Source of the DNA: Camelus ferus
Taxonomy: Eukaryota
DNA length: 64,000 bases
NCBI RefSeq assembly: GCF_009834535.1
Contig: NC_045697.1
Location: 38,814,001 to 38,878,000, forward strand
Reading direction: 5' to 3'
Within the stretch, counting starts at the first letter, position 1. Every line of letters begins with the position of its first letter. This document shows, in pieces, positions 41,684 to 56,499 of this stretch. Both the position numbers and the translations under genes were made by a program. The notes below the pieces were generated by a model that did not search any database, had not been told where the DNA came from, and saw only the letters and a list, made by a program, of their open reading frames with translations.

Positions 41684-42849
41684 TAGCTGCAAGACAGGGA
41701 GAGAGGCTGGGGGCAGAGGCGGAGAACATGGGCTTTGGAGTCAGTAAGATCTGGGTTCAAATTCTCACCTCACCACTCCTATCTCTGTGATTTTTAACAA
41801 CCTTCCTGAGCCTTATTTATTGAAAAGAATTTGAAGGCCTGCTGTGTGCCAGGCATCTGCCCAGTGAACAAGATGGAGGGAGACAAAAAACAAAGAAGTA
41901 AACAAATAAGATAATGTCAGGTAGTGATAAGTGCTATGAAGAAAACAGAATAGGAAGTGTGTAACTATGGCTGAGGGTGGGGAATGAGTGTCTTTCCATA
42001 TGGTAGTCAGGGAAAGCCTCTCTAAGGAAGGGATATTTAAGCTGAAACCTGAATAATGAGAAGGAATCAGCTAAGTGAAGATCTGCAAAGAGAATATTCT
42101 AGTAAAAGGAAGAGCACATGCCAAAGTCCTAAAGTTGGGATGACCTTGACGCTGGGTGGAGCTGGGTGAGCAAGGGGATTGTCAAGATAAGTTTCCAGCT
42201 TTAGGACTTAGGACTTGTGATAACAGATGAGGCAGGTGTTCAGCTCAGAGCCTGGCACATTCAGTGGCTTCTCTCCCTCTTCCTCCCTGACGCTCCCCTC
42301 CATTTATTGTAATGGCCACTTAGCCCCCAATCCCAGTTGAGTTTTCAATAAATATCTAATGTTCATGTTGCCAAAGGAGGTCAGACCAATTTCATCCTCC
42401 TTATAGGAACCTGAGGATTTGATAGGGAATTCTGTTAGGAAATTCCCTGTTAGGGAATCAAAAACTCTTGGTAAAGTGTCTTGAGTTTGCTAAAGTGACT
42501 TGCCTTGTGATCCATGGACAAGTCACTTGATTCGCAGGTTTGTTTGTTATGTAAAATGGAAACTATAGGCATCTTTAGTTGCTAGGATTGTTTGAATTTT
42601 TTTTTTAAGTCTTAAAAAAGTGATACCACCACAGTAATCATACTCTTAGAACCCAAAGTAATCTGTACCAGTGCAACACAGAACCATTTCAGGGCTTCTG
42701 AGAGGCATTTGCTGTCATCCTAATTCTTTTGAATGAGCACCTGAGAGAATAGTAGCTACACGTCATCCTTCGTATTTTACCAATAAAGCAACATAATAGA
42801 AAGGCCTCCTTGTAGACATAGTTTTCAAAGTAAGACCAAAAGAGTTAAT

Positions 42850-43680
42850 CAGTCAGTCAGTCAAGATATATTTATTTAGCACCAATTATGCACCAGAGCC
42901 TAGTCCAGAAACAAGTACTTCTCTTAAGCAGCTTGTATTCTAATGGGGAGAAGCAGACAATAAACATACCAGCAATGAAATGGATGAGCTAAGTCAGGTG
43001 TTGGTAAGTGCTGTGAAGAAGATTAAATAAGTACTGTGGAAGAGGGTAATTAGAAACAATGATTTCTCTTGGGTGGTCCGGGAAGAACTCCTTGAGGATG
43101 TGATTTTTGCGTCTGGAGACGAACAACAAAGAGGCCACCATGACAAGATACAAGAAAGAGGATTTCAAGCAGAACTAGCAAGTGCAAAGGACCTGAGATG
43201 GGAAGAGCTGGGCCGGGGGGCCTTGTGTGGTGGGAATCACAGTGATGGAGGCGGGGAGGGGTGGAAGGGGAGGCCAGAGGAGGGGCAGCGGCCAGATCAT
43301 GGAGGGCCATCTAGGCCACAGTAAGGAGCCTAAATGTTATTCTTAGCAAAATGGAAAGCTACTAGAAGGTTTTAAATCCTGAGAGTGACATGATCTTACC
43401 TGGGCCTCAGAAAGTCCTTCCCTCCTGGAGTTGTTACGATGATTGCAGAGGAATGATGGCGGCAAATCACTTAGAACTCCATCTGGCTCATGGAACACAC
43501 GAGTTAAAATGCTTTTTCTCTCCCTCAGTAACTGTGACATGAAGGCTGGATTGCAGAGGGGCCAGAATGGAAGCAGGAAGCCAGTGTGGAGAGTCTGTTG
43601 CAGCAACCCAGGAGAGAAATGATGGAGACTCATTAGGGGTATAGCTGTAAAGAGAGGGAGGCACGAAATTGGAGATGTAT
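42850..43680 (-). mobile_element. L2 fragment (another at ~41810-42190)
   Basis: gcaagtgcaaaggacctgag, ggccagatcatggagggcc, gagtgacatgatc motifs. Confidence 0.75.
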
Positions 43681-43706
43681 TTTGTGTCTTTTTGTTTCCA
43701 CTCTAG

Positions 43707-43928
<222 letters not shown>

Positions 43929-45054
43929 TAGGGAAAGGGGAAAGTTGACCTCATCAGGACAGTGGAAAGAATTGTCAAAATAGAAGAAAATTTTAAAAAC
44001 ATCTCACTTGTTACATTTGCTGTGATAAATCTATGATCTTCCTACCATAAATAGAAGGCTACAGTTAAAGAGTTAGTGGGCCAGAATTGAACTTTAGACC
44101 TAGGAGACAACTCTGTCATTATGGATACAGGATTATTTATCTAACATATATTGTTAAGTGAAACAAGTTACAGAACAGAAGCATAGTATGTTGCAATTTG
44201 CATAAGAAAAAAGTAAGTATGTGCCATATAGTAACTCAGAGAAGTAAACAAGAAGCTAGTGGTGATAGTTACTTTGGGGGCCTTGGGAGCTGGGATGGGA
44301 GGGAGACTTATTTTTCACCACATAGGCTTTTGTATTTTTTAATGTTTTTGCATCATGTACATGTATGAACTATTTCCAGTAAATCAGAAAATATACTCAA
44401 CAGAGAAGAAATTGCCTCTAATTCCTGTTCATTTTTTAGAAAACCTCTTAACTTGCCTGAACCTCAGCTCATTTGGTTCCCTTCAAGGGATAATACCTGA
44501 TCCTCTTTTTAAAGCATCATCAGGAAAACCTAACTGAAAAAGTTGTCATAGTCTTGAGCTCAAGAACAGGAAATATTTTAGGTCTTATATAATAAAATAT
44601 TTAAAAAATTTTTATAACTTGGTTTTCCTTAAAAAAAAAAGTTCAACATCAAATGAAATGACACGCATTCTCTGTACACTGACAAAGGAAAGGGAAAAGT
44701 ACGATCAAGAGCTCAAGGTTCTATCCTGGTAGCAAAATTATTATCTGGTGGTTAAGGTGTTAAGGGTGGAAACTTAAAAAAACTTGATTTCTTTAAGTTC
44801 ACCAGAGGACTGTCTGGCTTGTTTTTAACATTGCTAAATTATTGAGAAATTTCCAGAATTTACTTTCTGTGGAGAGAGCCAAGGCTTTAAAATCTGACAC
44901 ATACACAGATCTAGATTTGATCACAGATCATTCTTACAACTTCCCTGGGCCTTCAATTCCTTATCTGTGCAGTGAAGGTGTGGCGTGCTTATGAAAATCA
45001 AAATAGGATAATATCACAGTGCCTACCACATTGTGGATGCCTGAGGAATGTTAG

Positions 45055-45219
<165 letters not shown>

Positions 45220-45422
45220 GTGCAGAAAAGCCGCATCAGTCAAACTCTAGTTATGTTTCTGGAAGACAGATGATTTAGTTCCCTGGTCTGGTACTATCAG
45301 TTGTATCCTCCACCCCCTCAAAACACACGAGACCTCCAGGGAACATCGCTGTGACTATCGAATAGCAATCACTGCTGCTGCCTGGAGTCACGTCTTTAGC
45401 AGGTTTGGGGACTCCAGCATGC

Positions 45423-45428
45423 AATAAA
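45423..45428 (+). terminator. THEGL polyadenylation signal
   Basis: First AATAAA after the stop codon, ~200 nt downstream. Confidence 0.7.
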
Positions 45429-48400
45429 AGAGAAAATGATAGCCTGCCTCATTATCCTTGCCATCTCCTCAAGCGTATCTTGGCTGTCTCATTGCTGGGA
45501 CTAACCTGGAAGAAACACTCTTCCTTATCTTTGCTGGTTTTGCTTTTCTTTTCCCAGTGAGATCTGTGTTCTGCAGGAGCTGATCTCACATCAGCGCCTT
45601 CTCTAATAAGTCCTGAGAACTGAAATCATTCTGTGTTATTTTTCCAACGTCCCCTCATAACTGAGAAATAACACTGACATGGTGAAGCCTTTGTGGATAA
45701 GTCAATATTTATCATCTGTAGATGAAATTTAGGGAACAGTTTACCGTAAGTGATCACATCTCCATCAAGCTGCTTTTTTTTCATGCTCAGTGTCATGAAG
45801 TGTTATCATGAAGGACAGAAAAAAACAAGGCATTGGGTAAGTGTTATAATGCTTTGTCAAATTGCATCTGCCCAGAGTTTTTCATTTTGGTTTATTCTCT
45901 CCATGGAGCAGTATTTTACAAATGAAACTAACCTTTATGGCATATCTAGCTTTATATGAAAATGAACTTGTTTACACATGAATGAGTTCTGTCTCTAAGG
46001 CCTGTATGTTAAGGGGCTAGCTACTGTTATAGAGAGGCAGTAGTTTTGGTGGTTTTTTGTTTTGCTTCTGTTTGGGTTGTTTTTTTTTTTTTTTAACATA
46101 GAAAAAAAGCTGGGTTTATTGATTAAAATGAAATGTGGAAGCTCAGTTCTTTCCCTAGCTCGAATTAAAATAAGCCAAGAGCTACTGGATTTGAATCCAA
46201 CAAAGAGAGAGTGTTCCTTTCCATGGTCAGTGCTGAGATAGGTTTGTGGTAGGAGGTTTGGCCCTCCTTAGATTGCAGAGCAAATGTTTTTTCTGTACTT
46301 TAGGAACAAATCACCTGAATCACACATTAAGCCTGATATGTGAATTGATAACTGAAGCCCAACTAGAATTTATCTGGGTCTAGGATAAATCATGACATTT
46401 ATAAAACTCAAGTACATTTCTGAGATACCTTCAATGTTTGTACATTTCAGAACACGGTGAAATGTATATATTAAGAAGTACTCTGAAAAGATGGACTTCT
46501 GGCAAGGCTGCAAGAGGAACTCCAGTGACCACACTCCCCAGTGAAACTTGTGAACATTAATTTTTTTTTTAATTAAAGCTTCTGGAAACGGTCCCAAGGA
46601 CAAACAGCAAATATCTATGAAAATTCAGTAAGAAAGGTGAGAGTCTGTGATATTCGAACCACATTTAGGCAGACTGTTGTTTCTTACCACAAATTCCAAG
46701 TTCTGTTTTAAAATTCCTAAATTATGTTCACCTTTTGCCTACTCCCTTTGACTTGGATACAAGAATCTTAGAACCTAATGAGCATCATGTTCAAACATTG
46801 TGAGCCCCTCAGTAAGTAAAATTCCTAGCATTGTGACTAGTCACAGTAGGAAATCAAAAATTGGTAGGCACCATCCTCATTATCATCAGTGTGGCATCAG
46901 TAGCAGCTACCAGCAATATCACCTCCACCACCACCCCGGGAAGGGCCATTTCCTCATGCCCCTCTTCTACCTGGTTTCTTGTGCTTTAATCTGAATTTGT
47001 TTTTACTTGCTCCATGGAGTGTGTATATGTGTGCCTGTTCATATGCATGTGTGCCTGTCTTTAGTATGTGTTTATGTGTAAACTGAAAACTTCCTAAATC
47101 CTTTAAAGAAGTGGTTAAGTTATAATTAAATAGTCTCACTGAGGAATGTTACAGAGGCCTGTAATGAACTACCGAGTGTTATGATAATTTCACTAAGAGG
47201 CTCGAATGTGTTCTCACCCCTTTTCACTTTCAAGGGTAATAGCTGTGAATGTCTATGTTTCCGCAGCTTTTATTCCCAAATAGTAGGAGTTAACTGTCAG
47301 GCCTTGGAGTGATTTTCAGCTCCCTGTTAGAAGGAGAAAGGTGGAGAATGTGATTTTCTCCTTATTAGATACGTGAAATTTAGGAAAGTTAAGATTGTCC
47401 ATTTTGGAATACAGCATCAATCAGACTATTCATGGTCTACCTGAAGTGTCAAAGGATTTTTTTCAAAAAGCTACTAGTTAAGGAAGGCCCAGAATTTCTC
47501 TGGACAAATAATAAAGGTTAAAACTGTTTTATCCTGTTCTACATTATAATATTCCCTCCTTTCCTCCTCTGATTCTCCAAAACAAACAAAATGAAACCTT
47601 AATTGAAAGTTCCCATTAGATCAGGTTAAACAGGATTTTTGCTGAACTTGACTATCATTGTGCCCCAGCTCAACATCTGAATAGTCTATTTTCGTAACTC
47701 AGTTAAGTGTTGACTAACTTCACATTGAATTAATTATTAAAGAAAAGCTCATTAAAATGTTGATATAAAATATGTTTTGATTTTTTTGAACAGTAGGAAA
47801 ATTAAATTTATTCATCTAAATATTGAAAAGAGAATGGGTATTGTTGACTAAACTTAAATGGTGTACTAATGAGTGTTAATTGACCACTATTATTCTGGTA
47901 GTTGTAATTGAAAAGTAATAGCAAAGAAGTACCTCACATTTAAGTAGTAATTTTAATTTCTTTAATTCCCAAATATTACTAGTTTACCTTCAGTTATACT
48001 GTAAGAAGAGATAGAGAAGACATGATTCTACCTTGTTTATATTTCTTACTGAAAAACAACGAGATGTTATGTACCTTTATTTAACTTTAACAGTGCTAAA
48101 CTATGGGGAAAAAAGTGATAAACTGAATCCTCCTGGTGTTGTCTCATTATATTTAACCATGGATTTTCTGCCTTTTTTGAACAATTTATGAAATGTTCTG
48201 TACTTTGGATTTTTGTCTGAAAGACAGACTAGACATATTGAATACTCTCTCCAGATTGTTTTAAAAATTAGTAGCTAATTTTAATTATTTTTAAATTATT
48301 ATTTTATTATTCATTATTCTAAATAGCTTCTTTGGAAACCAGAAGGAAAAATTATATACATGCAATATATGTATACTTTTTTTATACATATACATTTTAA

Positions 48401-49928
48401 ATTTGACCTCAACCACTTCTTTTTTTTAAATTGAGGTGAAATTGGTATATAACACCATTTGGGAATTTTGAACTTGAGTTTTAGAATCAGACAGACCTGG
48501 GTTTGTATCCCACATGGATCATTTACCAGGTATGTGATTTTGAACAAATTCCCTAACTCCCTGTGCCTCAGTTTCTTTATGTGTAAAGTGAGTTCCTACT
48601 GCACTATTTTAAAGATTAAATAAAAGTATGTAATAAGGTATGAATAGGGAAAAGTTGTTTAAAAATTCAGCTCCTTTTGCCGTCTGTGGGGGTGGCATAA
48701 TTCATATCACCAGGAAAATAAATATATTTGTGGCTTGATTCATACATTAAATGAATGTTCATTGAATATCTTTCTTTGCCAGGTACTGTGCTGGGCACTG
48801 GAGCTATCATAGTGAGCTGAACAGATATGGGCTCTGCTCTCTTGCGCTGTTTAGTCATTTGGGAGAGATGGATGCTATTCAGACATTCACAAATAAGTGT
48901 AAAATTACAGCAGTGGCAAGTGCTACGAGGAGAGGTTATAGTGCTATGAGGTGACGGATTAGAGAACTTTGACTCCCTCGGGAAGGTGAGGGAAAGCGTC
49001 TTTAATGAAGGGACGTTTGGGCTGAACTCTAAAAACTGAGTGGGGTTAACTAACAAAGAGGGGACAAGAAGTCAGTCCAGGTAGTGAGAACACGTGTTTA
49101 GTGGCCGTCTGTTGATTTGGGGGCCACACTGCACCCATTCCTGCCTCTTCTGGTAAGAACTCCCAGTTTTCTCTTAGGGAATTACTTTCTCTTCACTGAT
49201 AGAGGATTATTGGGGCTTTTATTCCAGGTGCCCTGGCCCAGGCCTGGTCACGTGGCCTGAGCCAGCCAGGCTCGCTGATCTCTCCTCCAGGGCAGAGTGG
49301 TGCAAGTGGCAGGGGTGGCTGGAGCCAGTACTTCCCAGTAATGGCGACCTGATGAGGCTTCATTTTGCTCCTCCTGCTGTGTCCCTGGAGCTGCCCTGGC
49401 CCTCCCATGGCCCTTCACCTATTCCTTTGACAGAGGAGCTGTGCACAGCCTTCCAGTAAACCGCCTGTGGTAGATGTGGGACTGAACGGCCAATGTGGCT
49501 CAGATAGGAAGTAAAAAGACGTTGTGTGATCAATGAGGAGGCAGAGGATGGAAGCCAGGCTGTACCGGGCCCTGGAGGCCATGTTTAAGATTTCAGTCTT
49601 TATCCTGAAGCCAGTGGGAGCTGTTGAAATAATTTAAGCATACGGATAATGTAATCATGGTTGCCTTTTGAAGAAATTACCTTGACAGATAAATTGGGGA
49701 GGGGGCAGTGGCGATTGGCAGACAAGTTAGGAGGCTACTTAGTAGATCAGATGAAGGGTGTGAATAGCTTGGTGGTACCGTGATGGAGATGGGAAGAAGT
49801 GACAGAATTGAGAGGTAGTTGAGGAGGTGAGTTCTCACAGGATTTAGTGATGAATTGGATATGGGGTAGGGGAGAGAAAAGCATTCAAGATAATTCTTGA
49901 TTTCTAGTTTCTGAAACAGGATAGATAG

Positions 49929-50390
49929 TGAGACTCTGAATATACAGATGGACAATGGCCAGGCCGTATATGACAACAGAACTCTGACCCACAACCTCTG
50001 TAGCAACCAGGTTAGGAATCCAAACCACAACCTCTGTAGCAGCCAGCCTAGAATGGTCAGGATCTGGTCAATGGTCCCTCTTGGTGCCTACTTTTGGCCT
50101 CCACTCCCAACTCATTATCAACCAGAGAAAGCCAAATATATTCCATAAGTGACTCACATATGATGCCCAGTTTCTAAGTTAGCTGATCTCCAAATTCCCC
50201 ATGCCAACAGTGTCTAACAGAGCGTTCCCAAAGCCTTTGTCCCCTGCCCGCAGCTATAAAACTGGCCCACTCCTCTGCCTTTGAGTCTCTGCCAAATGCA
50301 AGTGGTGGCGGCTGACTCCCTTGGCATAGCAATCTCTGAGTAAATAGCCTGGATGTGTTCTCATTTAGCTGATCTTCCTTTATTTCCACA
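49929..50390 (+). mobile_element. ERV1-class solo LTR inserted in an L2
   Basis: TG...CA termini, 4-bp TSD atag (49925-49928 / 50391-50394), internal TATAAAA and AGTAAA. Confidence 0.85.
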
Positions 50391-50504
50391 ATAGTTACCC
50401 TTTGACTGACAGGGAGATGACCAAAAGAGTGGAGAAGCGTGGGCTCAGTTCTGGACACTTAGGTTAGAGGATGCCTTTGAGACATCGAAAAGGGGATGGC
50501 AGGG

Positions 50505-50760
50505 GCAGGGCTGATGGACCCTAGGCACTTTTGCCTGTCTGCGTCCTTTGTTCCTTAAAATAATATTAAAAATTATATTTTATGACTGCATTAGTATAAA
50601 GATGAACATGTTAATATTTTATATTAAGGCTGTTTTGTTACTAAAAGTTCATTTTTCCCTTCTCATATAAAAATAACTAAAACATTTTTGTAAGCTCCTA
50701 AAAATATTGTGGGCTGTAGGCAGCAGGCCTACTGTGCCCAGTGGAGCAATTGGCCAGGTT
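50505..50760. mobile_element. hAT-type MITE (ORSL-like)
   Basis: ctaggcacttttgcc...attttatgactgcattagtataaagat...gcctactgtgcc; related to sequence at 34550-35000. Confidence 0.55.
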
Positions 50761-53700
50761 CAGGCAGGCAGTCCTTACATGAGTCTGTGTTGCAGCACTG
50801 AGACCTGAGATCTCCTGGAGATACACATGTGCACGGCATCCCGGTTAGCTGTGGTTGGAGCCAGGAGGTGAGAGGTGGGACCAGGTGAGGGGGAACCGTG
50901 ACTTGATATTTGCTGATGTTAGAGAATTGCTATTAATTATATTTAGGAGGGTATTGGTTGTGGTTTTAAAAGAAATTCTTTTAGAGATGCAAGCTGAAAC
51001 ATTTGTGAATAAAGTGATATCTGGAGTTTGCTTTGCAATAATCCCAGCGGGGTAGCGGATGAGGGTATAGATGAAGTAACTCTTTGTTGTGAGTTGAGGA
51101 TTGTTGAAACTAAGTGATTGGCATAGGGTTCATTGTAATATTCTCTCTTCTATTAGATATGTTTGAAGTTTTACATAATAAAGTGCAAGGTAGGAGGGGA
51201 GCAAGATGGACGGTTACAGGTCTCAGCAGAGGCTTCAGGGGCCTGAGCAATGTGAAACTCCCCCAGCACTCTGCATGCCAGTCAGTCTGCTTTACTCCCA
51301 CGTGTTTGGTATAGAGGCTGTTTAAAGTGGAACCAAGGTAAGGTGTTTGCACTCCGTGCCTGGGGTTAGTGTGGGGGAGAAATAGCACATACAAAAGGTG
51401 AGAATTCATAACTTGGTGGAAGTGGGATCATGAGGAATACCCACTAGGAATAATAAGACAAACCCCTGCTCCCACCGCGAATCCAGGGGCATGGGAGGGA
51501 CTCGGGACTTTCACCACACTTACATGGGGGAGAGGTTTCAAGTCAATTCTAATTGAATTTTCAAAGGTCAGGATGCCTCTGTTGACCTCTGGGCTGCAAT
51601 GCTTGACACACCAGATGTAAAGAATAAGTGGGAACAGAGAAGGTGTTTAAGACTTGTTTGTTAACCTGGATTTGGTTGATGGAAAAAAATGGGGGCATAA
51701 ATGTTACATGGCTTTCGCAGTCAAGGGGAGAGGAAGTGAAGGCAGCTCTACTTCTGGTCAAGGAGGCTGATTCTGTAATAAGGCTCCACCAAGTATTAGT
51801 GATACAATCTTGTACAAATTACTTAGCTTTTCAATGAAAAGGGGCTAATAGTGTTTGCTACTGAGATATGGAAGTTTCTGATAAATTATACCCATCCGTT
51901 CCCTGCCGGAGTCCAGAAACTATTGAGAAACCTGGGCAGATGGAATTCAGAATAATTCATATACTACCTATAATGCTGTTTGGAGAATGTGATTTTGGTG
52001 GACCAAATGGATTTCTAATTTCTAATGGATTTCTCCTCTTGAATTGGACTGAATCTCTCGGCAGTTCTGCTCCATCCCCCAGAGCAGACAGAATGCACTC
52101 TATCCATGCCACCATTGGCAGCAGAGACCTAGCCCAGGCAGTAAGGACAAGGAGCCTGAAGTCACGTGTTCTTTCACAGTTTGTGTTGGTTTTTCTTCTC
52201 CATCTGGGAGGGACTGCCAGGTGGGAAAGCTTCCCCACCCATAGCTGCATGCATCTGCCTGCCTGCCTGCTCGCTGTTGCCAAGGCATGGTCTGCTAGAA
52301 CTTCCAGGATGTTGGGCATCTTAGGCTGGAGTGCAAGACAGGGCAGGCAGAAGGCTGGAGACAGAGAAAGGTGGCTGTGGGGAGCAGGGGAGCAGAAAGA
52401 AGCAGCTGGTCTTCAGTGTGAAGTGGGGAGTGAATCTGCCCCAGGATACTAGGGACACGATGGTGGGGGGCAGGCAGCTGCTCTGTGAACAGGGTGAGGG
52501 TGGCTGTGGCTTGAGCAGATGCACATCAAAGGAAAGCAATAACAGACCCCAGGTAACACACCATGGTTTCTGTAATCGTCTAAGCAGACAGAAGTGCCCT
52601 GGGGCTTGAATAGTTTGAAAGTACCACAGCCCTGGCTTCCACAAGCTTAAAGCTTGGGTCAGGGTAGCCTGGGTCAGGGAGCCATTTCCTGCTTCCCTTA
52701 TCATTGGTGGAGAAAGAATAAGTGACTGTGTTGTCTGATGTCAAATTTATAGGGAGGCAGTGTAGACATGGCTGGGAGTGTATTTTCTGGAATCAGAATG
52801 ACAGAATTTGAACCCTGGGCTCACCACTTACTATCTCTATGTCTTTGAATAAATTTACTAACTCCTCTGGGCCTCAGTTTCCCCATTTGCAAAACGGAGA
52901 TAAAAATAATACTGTCAAATGCTGCTCCCCAAAGCACCACCAAGGAGCTGGTGGACCAAGCAGAGCTGAGTTTATAGCTCAGTGAGATAAGGGAGATCCT
53001 GACCTTGACAGAGTCTTAACAGCATGAAATAAAGAAAGGGCAGTGGTGGGATATTTATGAGTTTCAGGCTTGATTAGAATTGGGCAAGAGCTTGACAGAT
53101 ACAGCAAGGTGAGGATTTCTGAAGGAGCCTTTGAGAATTGATGAGGCCAGTGGAGTGCCTTCAGGATAATACAAATTGTGTGTAAGAGTTTCCTAAGGTA
53201 TATTACTGAAGGTGGTGGGTAAAAGTCATGTGAATGCAGACTGTGAACTGTGTGGGTGCATATGGTTTGGGTTCAAGTTCTCCAGCTTACCTCCAGCATT
53301 GTTTGAAGATTAAATGAGACATGGGTGAGTGCCCTGAGTGTAGGCACGCCTCATGGTCAATACTCAATGACTGTTATCATTACTGTGTTATTTTCTCATC
53401 CAGCCCCCATTTCTCCTGCAAGTTTGCTAGTGCATCAAATTCCACCTCCAGAATTGTTTTCCCATAACCTGAGGCTTTATCCCTTTTTCAAAATGCAAAC
53501 ACAGACAGAAACCAAATCAGCCATTTATACCTCAGCATGTCAGAGTTTATAAAATCCTAGAAGCTGAGAATATAAGCTGTACTAACCCCTTAGGAGAAAT
53601 AGCCCCATACATCCTTAAGCTATTCTGAAGGGGCCTTGCCTTGCACATGCACAATTCCAGCAAGACTAAAGGACAACAAACAGCACTGGATCCCGAGCCC

Positions 53701-53769
53701 CTGAATTTCTCCCTTTCAATCTGGTGCGTCAGGCTGCTCCAGTCTTTTAAGATGTTCTTACCTCCTCGG

Positions 53770-54290
53770 TGTTTGTGCTTGCCCGGGGTTCACCAGAGAG
53801 ACAGAAGCAGCGTGAGGGTATCTTCCTTCCTCCCTCCCTTCCTTCCTTCCTATCCACCTGTCTGTCTATCTGGGATTTATTATGAGGAATTGGCTAATGA
53901 GATTATGGAGGCTGAGAAGACCCATGATCTGCTGTCTGCAAGCTGGAGATCCAGCAAAGCCAGGGGTATAATTCAGTTGGAGTCTGAAGGCCTGAGACCC
54001 AGGGGATCTGATGATATAAATTCCAGTCTGAGCGCCTGAGATGATATGTCCTAGCTCTAACAATAAGGCAATTTAAAAAAAGAGGCAAATTCCATCTTCT
54101 GCTTTTTGTTCTATTCAGGCCCTCAACAGATTAGGTGATGCCCACCCACATGGACGAGGGCCATCCACTGAGTCCACCAGGGCAAATAATTAATCTTACC
54201 TGGAAACACCCTCGCAGACGCATCTAGAAATGATATTTAGTCTGGGTGCCCCCTGGCCATTCAAGTTGGTGCATCGAATTAACCGTCACA
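53770..54290 (-). mobile_element. MLT2-type ERVL LTR
   Basis: gatttattatgaggaattggct...gattatggaggctgagaag...gcaagctggaga...aattaaccgtcaca. Confidence 0.85.
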
Positions 54291-54828
54291 CCCAGTGACA
54301 GAAAGGAGCGGGGGATTTGCAGGTGGAAGAGGGATGCTTGCTTATCTCGAGAGAAGGAATCTGGTTTGTTCTTGAAATCACACACTGCCGGTGAAGCTCC
54401 TTAGGTCGGGGAGTTTGTAAGCTGCTTCAGTTCACCTCAGAGGACCTGTGCTCAGTCATCTCTCTGGCAGTTATCTGCAGCATGCCAACAGGCTCTGGAC
54501 CTGGGGAGCTCAACCCTGGCTGTACCTTAGAGTCACCAGGGGAGCTTTAGAAGAATACCTAAACCAGGTCTGCCATTGCAACCCCTGACCATCCAGCCCT
54601 CCACCAGCTGAACCGAAATGTTAAGGTGAGGCCCAGGAACCACTCTTTCAAAAGTTGCCCAAGTGGTACTGCTGCACAGCTTGAGAACCACTGCTCTAGA
54701 TAAGTGCTACTCAGACTTTCCCTGCACAAGAAATCACTCAGAGGACTTGTTACAACACAGATTCTGGAGTTTCACTCCCCAGAGATTCTGATTCAGCAGG
54801 TCTGGGTTGGGGCTTGAAAATAAGCACT

Positions 54829-55331
54829 TTGTGAGTCTAAAACGTTAGAAAGGAAAAACTTTTCCTTTACCCTGTTAGGTTTAGTGTCCTTGGGCCTGTG
54901 AATTAAACTGACAAGAGGGAGATTAATGGGGTAAAAAGGTTTATTCGTATGCATATGAAAGCCAACAAAAGAAGTAGCTGGCTCTTTAAATGGGTGACGT
55001 TAGAGAGGTTTATAGACCTAACTTAGTAAGGACGAGGGAGGGAAGAAAAAGGCTCTACGGGAAGACAAATAGGTTTCTTCAGGAAAGACAAATGGGTTTT
55101 TAGGAGAACAAATGGGAGAGAAGAAGGTTTGTGAGAATGTTTATGCAGGTGCAGTGGTCTTTCTGCCTTCCGAGCTGTGGAACTCCCCAGATGGGATTTA
55201 TGGCAGCCTCGTTTCCCAGAGTTTGCTGCTTTTAGTCAGATAAGGGAAGTTCTGAGACTTCTTTCCGCATCTGCTGAATCTCAAATGTCTTCAGCTTAAA
55301 ATAATCTTCATATCAACTCTTGGTCCCCACA
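54829..55331 (-). mobile_element. ERV1 LTR (MER34/MER39-like) next to MER5 elements at ~54500-54828
   Basis: Reverse complement begins tgtggggaccaag...gattattttaagctgaagacatttgag...ctaaaagcag. Confidence 0.65.
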
Positions 55332-56348
55332 ACAGTAGTATGATGTGGAAATACTGTCTTGCTGCATAAGGAAATGACTTATAAACTGTTCTCTGGTGCT
55401 GCCTGGCATCTGGCCATGTCTCTTTAGCCAGCAAACTGTAATTCTCTTCACTTTCAGTGTCAGAACTATGGTTATTTGAAGACATCTCAAATTCTACCTG
55501 TGATTTTAGCATTTATTACATTGTTATTCTGACATATGCTATTACTATAATTTAAAAGATTTTTATAGGATTTTACAAATCGTATAAAATATTATTCAAG
55601 TTATGATATTGCTAAAACTAGGGCTTGAAAAATGCAACCATAAATCAAAAAGTTCAAAATCAAAGTTAGATATGATAAAATGGTGTGAGTAAGGCCAATT
55701 AACCAAACTAATGCTGTGCTATTAAAGAGATAACCCTGTGGGGCAATTTAAAAATAGTGCCTAAAATTAAAAGCAGCGTTAAAGAAAAAATATGCTCTAA
55801 TAGTTACAGATTTTTGTACTCCAGGAATACATCCCTCGTAGTCTTTATTTATTCCTTTGGGAAAATGAATCTTAATTTATGAGAGATCTTCCAAAAACTT
55901 GTTATTTGAGTAAAATATGACCTCTGTAAAAGAGGGTGGACAAAAGCTAGACACTATTTAGTTCATGAGTAAAGGATCAAATTGTAATTCAGTGGCAGTT
56001 GTTTACGTAGAAGAGCTGAAATTTGAACAAACATCTCAAAACTGTAGGGCAATTAATCCTGCAAAATCATGGCAACTATAAGGTAATTCATCCTTAAAAA
56101 TTATGGCAAGATTAGAGGTGACAAGTATGTGAACCGTGCTGTACATGGAATAAGATCTATGAGATAATGCTGATTGAAAACAATTTGAATTCAAAGCAGT
56201 ACAGTTATTACAGCTATAGACAAAATAAAAGCCTGTCTACTGATAAAGATGGGGACTTAATTTAAACCTATGTAAATATTGCTTATATTCATTGGGCCAT
56301 CATTTTCTCCAGAGTTGTTTGTGTTAATAATAAGAGCAAGTTGAAAGA

Positions 56349-56499
56349 GGGGAGAGTATAGCTCAGGGGTAGAGTATATGCCTAGCAGGCACAAGGTCCT
56401 GGGTTCAACCCCAGTACCTCCATTAAAAATATATAAATAAAAACCTAATTACCTCCCCTCAAAATAAAAAATAAAGAAATAAAAATTAAAAGAAAAAAA
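56349..56499 (+). mobile_element. tRNA-derived SINE (camelid vic-1-like) inserted in an old L1 3' end
   Basis: ggggagagtatagctcaggggtagag...ggtcctgggttcaaccccagtacctcc, A-rich tail, TSD-like agcaagttgaa / agcaaattgga. Confidence 0.9.

Noticed and set aside
51868..52452. 194-aa ORF
   Set aside because: No recognisable domain or convincing splice/promoter context; probably chance
56349..56420. tRNA-like sequence (also 20380-20449)
   Set aside because: Has A-rich tail and TSD and a degenerate cloverleaf; a SINE, not a tRNA gene
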